Positions 23,312 to 32,000 of a DNA stretch of 32,000 nt are shown here, in pieces (the first letter of the stretch is position 1; every line of letters begins with the position of its first letter). Below the pieces are notes generated by a model. That model made no database searches. It had not been told where the DNA came from and saw only the letters and a program-made list of their open reading frames with translations. The position numbers were made by a program, and so were the translations under genes. This DNA is from Desulfocapsa sulfexigens DSM 10523. Its GTDB lineage: Bacteria > Desulfobacterota > Desulfobulbia > Desulfobulbales > Desulfocapsaceae. The stretch covers positions 570,001 to 602,000 of the forward strand of contig NC_020304.1 of the NCBI RefSeq assembly GCF_000341395.1, given 5' to 3'.

Positions 23312-25153
23312 CTAAATACTCTCCGGAAGTATCCTGACAGCACCCTTATCAGCGGAAGCTGCAAACATTGCATAGGCTTTGAGAGCCTGTGAAACATGAC
23401 GGTCACGATCAACGGGTGAAAAGGCATCCCGCCCCTTCTCCAACTCCTCTGTCCTTCGCCTGGAAAGCTCTTCATCCGAGACAAGAACGTTTATCTTCCG
23501 TTTTGGAATATTAATCTCAACTGCATCACCCTCCTGAACGAGAGCGATGGCACCACCAGCCGCTGCCTCGGGTGACACATGACCAATGGAAAGTCCCGAT
23601 GTACCTCCTGAGAAACGGCCATCGGTGATGAGAGCACACTCTTTTCCAAGGTGGACTGATTTGAGATAGGAAGTGGGATACAACATTTCCTGCATTCCAG
23701 GCCCACCCTTGGGGCCTTCGTAACGGATAATCACAACATCCCCTGCCTTGACGGTACCATCAAGAATAGCCTCACAGGCAGCTTCCTGTGAGGAATAGAC
23801 TTTAGCAGTTCCCTGAAAATCAAAAATAGACGGATCAACACCGGCCGTTTTCACGATACAACCGTCGAGTGCAATATTCCCGTACAATACTGCCAGCCCG
23901 CCATCCTTACTATAAGCGTGTTCCACATCACGGATACACCCATCAGCCCGATCGAGGTCTGCGCTCTCGTACATACTTTGCTGTGACCCCATAACAAGAT
24001 TCCGTCCATTTTGCGCAGGAGCACTGAGATAGAGTTTACGAGCCTCTTCATTACAGCTTTCGGCTGCCACATCCCAGCCTTCAAGAATAGTTTTAAGGGT
24101 TTTCCCTTCAACTCGACTGACACTGCTGTCAATCATTCCGGCCCTGTCGAGTTCTGCAAGAATTGCCATAATACCACCGGCCCGATTCACATCTTCCATA
24201 TGATAATGCGAAGAAGGTGCAACTTTACAGAGGTTTGGTATTCTTCGTGACAGTGCATCAATATCAGCCATGCTGAAATCGACTTCAGCCTCTTTAGCAA
24301 TAGCCAGAAGATGCAATACCGTATTTGTCGAACCACCCATGGCAATATCCAGGGTCATGGAATTTAAAAAGGCAGCGCGAGTTGCAATGTTGCGCGGCAG
24401 CACCGAGGCATCTTCCCTGTTGTACCAGGCATCGGTCATATCAACTATACGTTCTGCTGCACGCTCAAAAAGGTTCATCCTGTTTGCATGGGTGGCAACA
24501 ATGGTCCCGTTTCCAGGCAGCGCCATTCCAAGCGCCTCATTCAATGAGTTCATGGAATTTGCAGTGAACATCCCGGAGCATGAGCCACAGGTTGGGCAGG
24601 CACAGCGTTCCACCACATCAACCTCGGCATCACTCACCTCGCGGTCTGCACCCATTACCATGGCATCCACAAGGTCATAGCGTTTTTCACCATCAACCCC
24701 CGCCTCCATTGGGCCACCGGAGACAAAGATCGTTGGGATATTGAGTCGCATCGCTGCCATCAGCATGCCCGGAGTAATTTTATCACAGTTGGAGATACAG
24801 ATCATGGCATCAACGGTGTGGGCATTACACATGTATTCCACACTGTCGGCAATAAGTTCCCGTGACGGCAGAGAGTACAACATTCCAGCATGGCCCATGG
24901 CAATACCGTCGTCGATGGCGATGGTATTAAATTCCGCCGCAAAACACCCACGTTCAGCGATCCGTTTCTTCAGGTGCTGGCCTATTTCGTGCAGGTGTAC
25001 ATGACCTGGTACAAACTGGGTAAAGGAATTGACTATGGCGATAATTGGCTTGCCAAACTGCTCTTCCTTAACCCCGTTGGCACGCCAGAGACTGCGGGCT
25101 CCAGCCATTTTCCTTCCTTGGGTCGTTGTATTGCTTCGTAATGGGATCGTCAT
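23312..25153 (-). CDS. ilvD: Dihydroxy-acid dehydratase
   Basis: 613 aa. The N-terminus [22 protein letters not shown] matches the IlvD N-terminus (E. coli [22 protein letters not shown]). [12 protein letters not shown] and Fe-S cluster cysteine regions are present. Confidence 0.95.
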   Translation of the reverse strand: MTIPLRSNTTTQGRKMAGARSLWRANGVKEEQFGKPIIAIVNSFTQFVPGHVHLHEIGQHLKKRIAERGCFAAEFNTIAIDDGIAMGHAGMLYSLPSRELIADSVEYMCNAHTVDAMICISNCDKITPGMLMAAMRLNIPTIFVSGGPMEAGVDGEKRYDLVDAMVMGADREVSDAEVDVVERCACPTCGSCSGMFTANSMNSLNEALGMALPGNGTIVATHANRMNLFERAAERIVDMTDAWYNREDASVLPRNIATRAAFLNSMTLDIAMGGSTNTVLHLLAIAKEAEVDFSMADIDALSRRIPNLCKVAPSSHYHMEDVNRAGGIMAILAELDRAGMIDSSVSRVEGKTLKTILEGWDVAAESCNEEARKLYLSAPAQNGRNLVMGSQQSMYESADLDRADGCIRDVEHAYSKDGGLAVLYGNIALDGCIVKTAGVDPSIFDFQGTAKVYSSQEAACEAILDGTVKAGDVVIIRYEGPKGGPGMQEMLYPTSYLKSVHLGKECALITDGRFSGGTSGLSIGHVSPEAAAGGAIALVQEGDAVEINIPKRKINVLVSDEELSRRRTEELEKGRDAFSPVDRDRHVSQALKAYAMFAASADKGAVRILPESI

Positions 25154-25276
25154 GAGATTATACCTCTGTGCTCACTTATCTTTCTTTAATAAATAAAAAA
25201 AATTGAATTTCTTGTCTCTTTCATGACAATATACTATGAAAATAGCAGGTGTGTAAAAAAAATTCGGAGAGGATGA

Positions 25277-26446
25277 ATGAAACAGACAGAAATAGACTAC
25301 TGGATCACATCAATGCTTGAATCCTACGATAATGTTTCCGATTTAAACATTACCGTTGGTAAAACGCTGCAGGTAGAATCTGCAGGTGTTCTTATGCCCG
25401 TTGCAGTTTCCCCGCCAATCAAAAAGCTTACGCCCTTTCAGACCGAAGTCTTCGCCCTGAACCTCATTGGTAACAATAAACGTTTGCTGAGAGATCTGGT
25501 GGAAAATGGTTCCTGTGATCTCTCATATACCTTGGGAGACAAGGTTCGATTCAGGGTTAATATTTTTACTCAGAAAGGCTACTTCAGTACCGTTCTCCGA
25601 AAACTTGAAACCACCATCCCCACCATCAAGGGGATGAATTTCCCTAAATCCTTTAATAAAATGGCCGGAGAATTGAACGGGCTGGTCCTTTTCACTGGTG
25701 CCACCGGTAGTGGAAAGACAACTTCACTGGCCGCCCTTCTTCATAAAATCAATATGGACAGGTCGGTTCATGTGGTAACCCTGGAAGATCCTATTGAGTA
25801 CATCCACCCCCACGTCAAGGCGACCTTCAACCAGCGCGAACTTGGCAATGATTTCAGCACATTTCCTTCGGGGATGCGGGCAGCACTTCGCCAGGCGCCA
25901 AAGGTTATTCTGGTCGGTGAGATGCGGGATCGGGAAACTCTGGAAATTGGTCTCACCGCGGCAGAGACAGGCCATCTTGTCCTGTCCACCCTCCATACCA
26001 TAGATGCAGGCCAAACCATCAACAGAATCCTAGGTATGTTTGAACAGGAGGAACAACCACAAATCAGGAATCGTCTGGCGGACACCATCCGCTGGGTCGT
26101 CGGCCAGCGCCTTCTACCAAAAGTAGGAGGCGGTCGGATAGCTGCCATGGAAGTCCTCTGTACCAGCCTGCGAGTAAAGGATCTGATCTTGAATGGTGAG
26201 GATGAGGAAAAAACCTTTTACAAGGTTATTCAACAGGGATCAGCCATGGATATGCGAACCTTTGACCAGCACATCCTTGAACTCTACGAGTCCGAATTGA
26301 TCACTGAAAAAACCGCCATGCGCTACTGCTCATACAGAAATGAAGTCTCTCGCGGACTCGACACCATCAAGGCTTCACGCGGTGAGGCTACGTCATCATT
26401 GTCTGGGCTGGCCATGGAAGAAGAGGCGGAACCCACCCGCTGGTAA
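25277..26446 (+). CDS. pilT: PilT-family type IV pilus ATPase (paralog with a diverged AIRNLIRE motif)
   Basis: 389 aa. Walker A GATGSGKTT. Also ILVGEMRDRETLEIGLTAAETGHLVLSTLHT (Walker B and His box, as in PilT) and GGGRIAAMEVL. GGAGAGG lies upstream of the ATG. Confidence 0.8.
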   Translation: MKQTEIDYWITSMLESYDNVSDLNITVGKTLQVESAGVLMPVAVSPPIKKLTPFQTEVFALNLIGNNKRLLRDLVENGSCDLSYTLGDKVRFRVNIFTQKGYFSTVLRKLETTIPTIKGMNFPKSFNKMAGELNGLVLFTGATGSGKTTSLAALLHKINMDRSVHVVTLEDPIEYIHPHVKATFNQRELGNDFSTFPSGMRAALRQAPKVILVGEMRDRETLEIGLTAAETGHLVLSTLHTIDAGQTINRILGMFEQEEQPQIRNRLADTIRWVVGQRLLPKVGGGRIAAMEVLCTSLRVKDLILNGEDEEKTFYKVIQQGSAMDMRTFDQHILELYESELITEKTAMRYCSYRNEVSRGLDTIKASRGEATSSLSGLAMEEEAEPTRW

Positions 26447-26457
26447 AGAGGAATGCG

Positions 26458-27147
26458 ATGATCACTATATGCAAAAACTGCAACAAAAAGCTAACGCTCA
26501 GCAATAAAATTAAAAAAGGGATTGCCCAACTTGCCCCTGGCCGACTCCTGCGTCTTCCGTGCCCACAATGCGGCAAAGCCATTGTGCTGGACGCCACTAG
26601 TATTGCTTCTGAAAATAATCCGTCACGGACTCTGCCTAAAAAACTAATCAGGCCACCATCTCCTCCTGACATCAGCTGGCTCAAGGAAGGAGTATTTGAA
26701 GAGGAAGAGGTTGTTGAAGACATCCCTCAAACCTTGATTCTCATTCAACCCGGCCCGGATCGGGACAAAGTGACGGAAGCCGTAGAATCCATAGGCTACC
26801 AGGCAAGCTTTGCCGAATCGGACGAAGAGGCCATTGGGAAGATGCAGTTTGTAAACTATGCAAGCGTTATCCTCCACACAGACTTCAGAGACGGAACACT
26901 GGAAGAATCCCCCTTCCACCAGTTCATGTGCGATATGTCCATGCTAAAGCGCCGTTTTATCTTTTACATTCTCATAGGGTCTGAGTTTTCAACCCTCTAT
27001 GATCTCGAAGCCCTGTCAAACTCAGCTAACCTTGTAGTCAACACCGAGGAAATTCCAGAGCTCCTGACGATTCTCCGCAAGGCCATTCCGCGCTATGAGG
27101 AACTTTTCGGTTCCTTGATGGCAGAATTAAACGCCTACAGTGGCTAG
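26458..27147 (+). CDS. Zinc-ribbon protein with a C-terminal receiver-like (pseudo-receiver) domain
   Basis: 229 aa. CKNC...(26 aa)...CPQC at the N-terminus, then a Pro-rich linker. A CheY-like alternation of strands and helices follows (TLILIQPGPDRDKVTEAVESIGYQASFAESDEEAIGKM...ASVILHTDF...FIFYILIGS). It lacks the acidic DD pair and the canonical phospho-acceptor context. AGAGGA upstream, 11 nt after the pilT stop. Confidence 0.6.
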   Translation: MITICKNCNKKLTLSNKIKKGIAQLAPGRLLRLPCPQCGKAIVLDATSIASENNPSRTLPKKLIRPPSPPDISWLKEGVFEEEEVVEDIPQTLILIQPGPDRDKVTEAVESIGYQASFAESDEEAIGKMQFVNYASVILHTDFRDGTLEESPFHQFMCDMSMLKRRFIFYILIGSEFSTLYDLEALSNSANLVVNTEEIPELLTILRKAIPRYEELFGSLMAELNAYSG

Positions 27148-27320
27148 CCTACAGCAGGAGATGCGGATTTGCAGGTGATCACCCATGGGGCGATTGCAAG
27201 GCAAACAAGTCGGCTGTTAATCGAATTCTTTTTGAGATCAAGAAAAGAAATGATATGATTTTTCTAAGGACATCAACCTGACTTTTTATAATTCTTGCAA
27301 CTACCCCAACAGGAGACGCC

Positions 27321-27770
27321 ATGCTTACAGCCTCTGAGATTATGACCAAAGATGTTATTTCCGTTCACCCGGAAACACCGGTCGCCCAACTTGCAACACT
27401 TCTCACCACCCACAATATCAGCGGTGTCCCGGTACTTGATGATGACAACAATGTTATTGCGGTGGTTACCGAAAGTGACCTCATCGATCAGTCGAAAAAG
27501 CTCCACATTCCTACCGTTGTTACAATCCTTGACTCTGTTTTCTATCTGGAAAACCCCGACAAGATGGAAGCTGAAATGAAAAAAATTGCTGCAACCAGAG
27601 TTGCTGAAATTTGCAGCGGCACCCCCAAGACCATATCTCCTGACACCCGCCTTGATGAAATAGCAACCATAATGGCTGAAGATAACATCCATACACTTCC
27701 TGTTCTGGATGAGGGGAAACTTGTCGGTATTATAGGAAAGAAAGATATTATCAAGACACTTATCAGCTGA
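27321..27770 (+). CDS. CBS-pair domain protein
   Basis: 149 aa. Two CBS motifs (ISGVPVLDDDNNVIAVVTESDLI and IHTLPVLDEGKLVGIIGKKDIIKTL). AGGAGA Shine-Dalgarno. Confidence 0.8.
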   Translation: MLTASEIMTKDVISVHPETPVAQLATLLTTHNISGVPVLDDDNNVIAVVTESDLIDQSKKLHIPTVVTILDSVFYLENPDKMEAEMKKIAATRVAEICSGTPKTISPDTRLDEIATIMAEDNIHTLPVLDEGKLVGIIGKKDIIKTLIS

Positions 27771-27879
27771 AAAGTGGTACAGGAACGAAGCAGTCCCGAA
27801 AGCGCAATACCGTCCTAACTCCGCATGGTTTCATCTATAAACATGCTTTAATTTTTTTTCACCTGCCCCCAAGAAGTTC

Positions 27880-27908
27880 TTGTCTTTCCATTCTTCTTTT
27901 GCTATAAA
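27880..27908 (+). promoter_or_regulatory. Candidate sigma70-type promoter upstream of rpsA
   Basis: TTGTCT (27880-27885), 17-nt spacer, TATAAA (27903-27908), ~135 nt upstream of the rpsA ATG. Motif match only. Confidence 0.4.
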
Positions 27909-27930
27909 GTAGTGTTTTACCGAACAGCAA

Positions 27931-27964
27931 GGTTACAGTTTCACACTGTGACCTTTCTTTTTTT
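27931..27964 (+). terminator. Terminator/attenuator-like hairpin in the rpsA upstream region
   Basis: GGTTACAG (27931-27938) pairs with CTGTGACC (27946-27953), 8 bp including one G-U. It is followed by TTTCTTTTTTT (27954-27964). It lies downstream of the candidate promoter and 160 nt after the CBS gene stop. Confidence 0.45.
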
Positions 27965-28043
27965 CAGAGTCGATGGAAGCATCGGCAAACTAATAACCTT
28001 AACACCTGGCCGTATATACTAGGCCGCAATAAGAGTAGAAACC

Positions 28044-29783
28044 ATGACAGAGGAACTTAACCAAACAACCCAGGACAACGACGAAGAGATGAGCTTTGCG
28101 GAACTCTTCGAAATGGAAGAAAACAATACAGTGGTTAACGTCGGCGACGTTACCATCGGTACCATTATTGGCACCGTGGACGACTACGTCCTTGTAGATG
28201 TCGGAGACAAGGCAGAGAGCTATATTGCCAAATCCGAATTCCAACTTGACGATGACATTCAATTTAATGTCGGCGACACCTTTGAAGTATTCGTAGAACG
28301 CCGCAAGGACGAAGGCGGTCTCCTGCTGTCACGGGAAAAAGCCATAGCTATCAAAGTATGGGAAGATATAGCAAAAATTCAGGAAGAAGACGGTACCATC
28401 GAAGGAAAAGTTGAAAATCGCGTCAAGGGCGGCATGTCCGTCAACATCGGTGTCCCCGCGTTCCTCCCCTATTCTCAGATAGACCTTCGACCTGTTAAAG
28501 ATCTCGATGCTCTGATTGGAGAATCTTTTGATTTCAAAATTCTCAAATTTAACCGTAAACGCAACAACGTGGTTATTTCTCGTCGTGCTATCCTCGAAGA
28601 GGCTCGCTCCAAACTGCGTGAGAAAATGCGCTCGGTTCTTGAAGAAGGACAGATCATCAAGGGAGCAATCACTAATATCACCGATTACGGTCTCTTTATC
28701 GACATGGGTGGCATGGACGGTCTCTGTCATATCACCGACCTTTCCTGGGGCCGCGTTTCCCATCCCGCAAAACTGTATAAGGTTGGCCAGGAACTCGAAG
28801 TCAAGGTTCTCAAGTACGACAAAGACCACGACAGGGTATCCCTTGGTGTTAAACAGCTTAAAGCTGATCCATGGGCAACCGTTGCCGAGCGTTTCCCAAT
28901 ATCTGAGAAAACCGTGGGTAAGGTTGTTTCCATCACCGATTATGGTGTTTTTGTAGAGCTTGAAGAGGGCGTTGAAGGCCTGATTCATGTTTCAGAGATG
29001 ACATGGTCCAAGAAGCCACGTCACCCATCCAAAATGGTAGCTGTTGGTGACGAGCTTGAGATCATGGTCCTCAACATCGAGCCTGAAACCAAACGTATCT
29101 CACTCGGAATGAAACAACTCCTTCCAAACCCCTGGGATCTGGTTACCGACAACTACCCAGTTGGTTCTGTTATCGAAGGAAAAGTCAAAAACATTACTGA
29201 CTTTGGTATCTTTATTGGAATCGAGGAAGGCATTGACGGACTTATTCATGTATCCGACCTTTCCTGGACTGAGCGTATCAAACACCCCTCCGAGAAATAC
29301 TCCAAGGGCGAGACCATTCAGGCCGTTGTCCTGAAGATCGACAAAGAGCACGAGCGCTTCTCATTGGGCATTAAACAGCTTGAGCCCGATCCATGGCAGG
29401 CTGCTTACAACAACTTTCCTTCAGGAACCATCATTGAAGGAAAGATCACCAACGTCACCGACTTTGGTGTCTTTGTTCAGCTCGAAGAGGGAATCGAAGG
29501 ACTTGTTCACGTCTCTGAAATCTCCAAAGATAAGGTCAAGACTCCAGTTGGAATGTACGAAGTGGGCGACACTCTGAAAGCAATCGTCATCAATGTTTCT
29601 GCCAAAGACAGGAAGATCGGCCTTTCCATCAAAACTCTTGAAGAGGATGGAGAAGAAGGTGCTGCTGAGAACTACGCCAAGAAGAAAGAAGAGGCAGAAG
29701 CTGCTGCTCCTTCCACCTTCGGCGACCTGCTCAAAGCTGCTGCTGCTGACGATAACGCTGAGGAAAGTTCCGAAGAAAAGTAA
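28044..29783 (+). CDS. rpsA: 30S ribosomal protein S1
   Basis: 579 aa with six S1 OB-fold repeats (recurring G.I..G.V..I.DFG.F..L..G..GL.H.SE. pattern) and an acidic C-terminal tail. Confidence 0.95.
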   Translation: MTEELNQTTQDNDEEMSFAELFEMEENNTVVNVGDVTIGTIIGTVDDYVLVDVGDKAESYIAKSEFQLDDDIQFNVGDTFEVFVERRKDEGGLLLSREKAIAIKVWEDIAKIQEEDGTIEGKVENRVKGGMSVNIGVPAFLPYSQIDLRPVKDLDALIGESFDFKILKFNRKRNNVVISRRAILEEARSKLREKMRSVLEEGQIIKGAITNITDYGLFIDMGGMDGLCHITDLSWGRVSHPAKLYKVGQELEVKVLKYDKDHDRVSLGVKQLKADPWATVAERFPISEKTVGKVVSITDYGVFVELEEGVEGLIHVSEMTWSKKPRHPSKMVAVGDELEIMVLNIEPETKRISLGMKQLLPNPWDLVTDNYPVGSVIEGKVKNITDFGIFIGIEEGIDGLIHVSDLSWTERIKHPSEKYSKGETIQAVVLKIDKEHERFSLGIKQLEPDPWQAAYNNFPSGTIIEGKITNVTDFGVFVQLEEGIEGLVHVSEISKDKVKTPVGMYEVGDTLKAIVINVSAKDRKIGLSIKTLEEDGEEGAAENYAKKKEEAEAAAPSTFGDLLKAAAADDNAEESSEEK

Positions 29784-29810
29784 CCCAACTTTCCGTTGCA
29801 GGCCAAACAG

Positions 29811-29862
29811 GTTGTTTTACCGGGAGAGAATTCTTTCCGGTAAAACAACTTTTTTTATTTTT
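29811..29862 (+). terminator. Rho-independent terminator of rpsA
   Basis: Perfect 13-bp stem GTTGTTTTACCGG (29811-29823) / CCGGTAAAACAAC (29837-29849), followed by TTTTTTTATTTTT. Confidence 0.85.
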
Positions 29863-29892
29863 ATCGCTCTTACAGACAACTAAGTCATAATC

Positions 29893-30171
29893 ATGCTAAA
29901 AAAAGAACTTGTCAATGAAGTAAGCAATGAACTGTCTCTCCATAAAAGTGATGTAACCACAGCACTCGATATTATGCTGAACACCATGGAAGATGCCTTG
30001 AAAGAAGATCGTCGCATTGAGCTTAGGGGATTTGGCAGCTTTGCCGTGAGAAAACGTAAAGCACGTAGTACCAAAAACCCTAAAACCGGAACAATTATGA
30101 ATATTCCGGAACGCAAAACCATTCATTTTACCATGAGCAAATCCTTAAAAGAAGCGCTCATCAAAGAGTAA
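29893..30171 (+). CDS. ihfB: Integration host factor beta subunit (HU/IHF family)
   Basis: 92 aa. IELRGFGSFAVRKRKARSTKNPKTGTIMNIPERKTIHF is the HU/IHF beta-arm signature. The position directly after rpsA is the classic ihfB context. Confidence 0.85.
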   Translation: MLKKELVNEVSNELSLHKSDVTTALDIMLNTMEDALKEDRRIELRGFGSFAVRKRKARSTKNPKTGTIMNIPERKTIHFTMSKSLKEALIKE

Positions 30172-30219
30172 GGGATCTGGGGGATCAGAAGTATCCGGGA
30201 CAACAATCCACTGGGAGTA

Positions 30220-30831
30220 TTACAGAAAAGGGGTGACATCCCCCTTACCCTCCCTGAGAACCACTGGATCGTCTCCCGTAAGGTCTATAAGAGAAGAAGG
30301 ATCAGAAAAGACTTCACCACCATCAATAACCAGGTCCAGCAGTTTTCCATACAAACATTCGATATCATATGGATCCGAGGCAACAGTATCATCCTCATCA
30401 GCGGGAAGCGAAGTGTTGATAATCGGATTCCCCAGGGTTTCAAGAAGCATCTGACAAATTGGATTCTCCGGCACTCTGATACCAACGGTTTTCTGCTTTG
30501 TGGACATGGCCTTTGGAACCAGTTTTGTTCCTGGAAGGACAAATGTATATGGACCCGGAAGATTTCGTTTCAGAAGCCGATAGGCGATGTTGGAAACATG
30601 GGCATAGTTGCTGATATTTGTAAGATCTGAACACATAAAGGAAAAAGGCTTCCCCTTTGGTCTGCGTTTTATCTGCTCAATTCTTTTTACTGCCTTCTGA
30701 CAGGAGAAATCGCAGCCAATTCCATAACCCGTATCCGTGGGATAACAGATAATATCTCCACGCTTCAGGCCATCGACGACCTGTTGTATTAATCTTTGCT
30801 GGGGGTTATGTGGGTTTATTGCAAGCAGCAT
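30220..30831 (-). CDS. tsaC: L-threonylcarbamoyladenylate synthase (YrdC/TsaC family)
   Basis: 203 aa. GDIICYPTDTGYGIGCD, KGKPFSFMCSDL, PGPYTFVL and VGIRVP are YrdC-domain motifs. Confidence 0.85.
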   Translation of the reverse strand: MLLAINPHNPQQRLIQQVVDGLKRGDIICYPTDTGYGIGCDFSCQKAVKRIEQIKRRPKGKPFSFMCSDLTNISNYAHVSNIAYRLLKRNLPGPYTFVLPGTKLVPKAMSTKQKTVGIRVPENPICQMLLETLGNPIINTSLPADEDDTVASDPYDIECLYGKLLDLVIDGGEVFSDPSSLIDLTGDDPVVLREGKGDVTPFL

Positions 30832-31137
30832 GAATATTTTCCTCTATTCTGGTTTGACTTACCTCTAGTAGAGCACATATAGCTATGGAAGGCAAAACCT
30901 AATAGTATTTGATCTTTTCCGGTTCAATGCTAAAATAGTCCCAGCATCTGTGATAACGGTAAACTGGTGCTCCGGGCAGTCACCCTATTAAAGGATGGGA
31001 ATTTTATACAAAAAGAAAACTATCTCAAGATATGAATCCCGTACCTGCTCCACAAACCGTATCGGATAGAATACGATTTATTTTTATCCTCTATTTCGTC
31101 CTATTTTTTTAATTTGAATTTTGACTTAGGAGCTCTC

Positions 31138-32000
31138 ATGTTATCTGATAATATAGAAACCGCACTCACCTTTGACGACCTGCTTCTCTGTCCTCAAGCC
31201 TCACAGGTTCTTCCCAACGAAGTCTCTCTTGCCACCAGCCTTACTCAGTCCATCAAGCTGAACGCTCCACTGATCAGTGCTGCAATGGACTCGGTCACCG
31301 AGCACCGTACGGCCATTGCCATGGCCCGTGAAGGCGGTCTGGGTATCATTCATAAAAACATGACAATTGATGAACAGGCCATAGAAGTCGAACGGGTCAA
31401 GAAATCAGAATCTGGAATGATAGTTGATCCGATCACCGTAAAGGAAACCCATTCCGTGGGTGAAGTGGAACAAATCATGGCCAAGTACAAGATCTCCGGC
31501 CTTCCAGTGCTCCGGGACGGGAAGCTGGTGGGAATCGTCACCAACCGTGATCTGCGCTTCGTTTCAGACAATGGACTACGCGTGGGCGATGTAATGACTT
31601 CCAAAAATCTGGTTACTGCAAAAGTTGGCATTGATCTTGAGCATTCAAAAGCCCTGCTCCATGAACACCGTATCGAGAAACTTCTCGTTGTCGATGATAA
31701 CGGTAAGCTCAGCGGTTTGATCACCATTAAAGATTTGGAAAAAATAAAAAAATATCCACTCGCCGCCAAGGATGGTATGGGCAGGCTTCTTGTTGGAGCA
31801 GCACTTGGGGTTGGCAGTGACATCGAGGCCAATGCTCAGAGACTGATCGATGTTGGTGTTGATGTGGTGGTCGTAGACTCAGCACATGGTCATTCCCAGG
31901 GTGTACTGGATGCGGTGGCGAAGATTCGGGGTACCTTTCCCAATCTGCAGATCATTGCCGGAAACGTTGCCACCGCGGAGGGTACGGTAGCACTAATCAA
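31138..32000 (+). CDS. guaB: IMP dehydrogenase, 5' partial (runs off the window)
   Basis: My own translation from the ATG at 31138 gives MLSDNIETALTFDDLLLCPQASQVLPNEVSLATSLTQSIKLNAPLISAAMDSVTEHRTAIAMAREGGLGIIHKNM, followed by the CBS-pair subdomain. AGGAG Shine-Dalgarno upstream. It is absent from the ORF track because no stop is reached. Confidence 0.95.
   Translation, partial: MLSDNIETALTFDDLLLCPQASQVLPNEVSLATSLTQSIKLNAPLISAAMDSVTEHRTAIAMAREGGLGIIHKNMTIDEQAIEVERVKKSESGMIVDPITVKETHSVGEVEQIMAKYKISGLPVLRDGKLVGIVTNRDLRFVSDNGLRVGDVMTSKNLVTAKVGIDLEHSKALLHEHRIEKLLVVDDNGKLSGLITIKDLEKIKKYPLAAKDGMGRLLVGAALGVGSDIEANAQRLIDVGVDVVVVDSAHGHSQGVLDAVAKIRGTFPNLQIIAGNVATAEGTVALI

Noticed and set aside
25157-25162. 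Perfect TATAAT (minus strand) 3 nt upstream of the ilvD ATG, suggesting a leaderless transcript
   Set aside because: It is immediately preceded by GAGG at Shine-Dalgarno distance and has no acceptable -35. Most likely this is a chance AT-rich spacer between the Shine-Dalgarno and the start codon.
28329-28988. 219-aa minus-strand ORF inside rpsA
   Set aside because: It is a shadow ORF opposite the highly conserved S1 gene.
30841-31128. Short direct repeats (cctctatt and tttgactta) at both ends of the tsaC-guaB intergenic region, considered as possible insertion footprints or a riboswitch
   Set aside because: The matches are only 8-9 nt and unequally spaced. One copy is simply the complement of the tsaC Shine-Dalgarno region. 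I recognised no conserved riboswitch core.
31350-31832. 160-aa minus-strand ORF
   Set aside because: It lies antisense within guaB, whose + strand translation is unmistakably IMP dehydrogenase.
1-32000. Search for CRISPR arrays, tRNA/rRNA genes, transposases, integrases, phage or known defence-system genes
   Set aside because: I saw no regularly spaced direct repeats, no tRNA T-arm consensus (GGTTCGAATCC-like) in the intergenic regions, and no ORF with transposase, integrase or defence-type motifs. The only tandem repeats are coding low-complexity sequence in the coiled-coil gene.
18293-32000. Three separate CBS-domain genes (18293-18961, 27321-27770 and the guaB CBS pair) as a possible linked system
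   Set aside because: CBS pairs are very common regulatory modules. The genes are dispersed, lie in different operons and share no other connection.

Overview
Product calls below come from reading the supplied translations for motifs; no searches were run. The window looks like 32 kb of ordinary chromosomal core genome. Gene content (HdrD-like CCG Fe-S protein, YedF, rubrerythrin, PilT, rpsA-ihfB, clpS-clpA) suggests an anaerobic Desulfobacterota-type organism, but that is inference only. I support about 27 protein genes. In order they are: rmuC, an ExeA/MshM-like AAA+ ATPase, a 122-aa ORF tucked behind clpS-clpA, a long holA-like gene, an 812-aa secreted protein, an EamA transporter, a rubrerythrin-like protein and PPK2. 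Then come a DUF255 thioredoxin-domain protein, a PilZ protein, a parvulin / DUF342(FapA) / CBS-ACT operon, a spermidine-synthase-like methyltransferase, a YedF + HdrD-like pair and a membrane-anchored coiled-coil protein. The window ends with ilvD, a PilT paralog with a zinc-ribbon/receiver-like partner, a CBS-pair protein, rpsA, ihfB, tsaC and the 5' part of guaB. I found no rRNA, tRNA, CRISPR array, transposase, integrase or phage genes, and I cannot point to a convincing new defence-type or mobile system. The most unusual items are: (1) the 812-aa signal-peptide protein, with ~33-residue repeats and a C-terminal His...Cys arrangement reminiscent of clan-CD proteases, overlapping the holA-like gene by 14 nt; (2) a parvulin whose two conserved histidines appear substituted, coupled to DUF342 and CBS-ACT genes downstream of a PilZ gene; (3) a 351-bp AT-rich divergent intergenic region holding a perfect 17-bp-arm palindrome and a bidirectional terminator-like hairpin; (4) a tightly coupled YedF / HdrD-like pair; (5) a PilT paralog with a diverged AIRNLIRE motif coupled to a Zn-ribbon pseudo-receiver protein.
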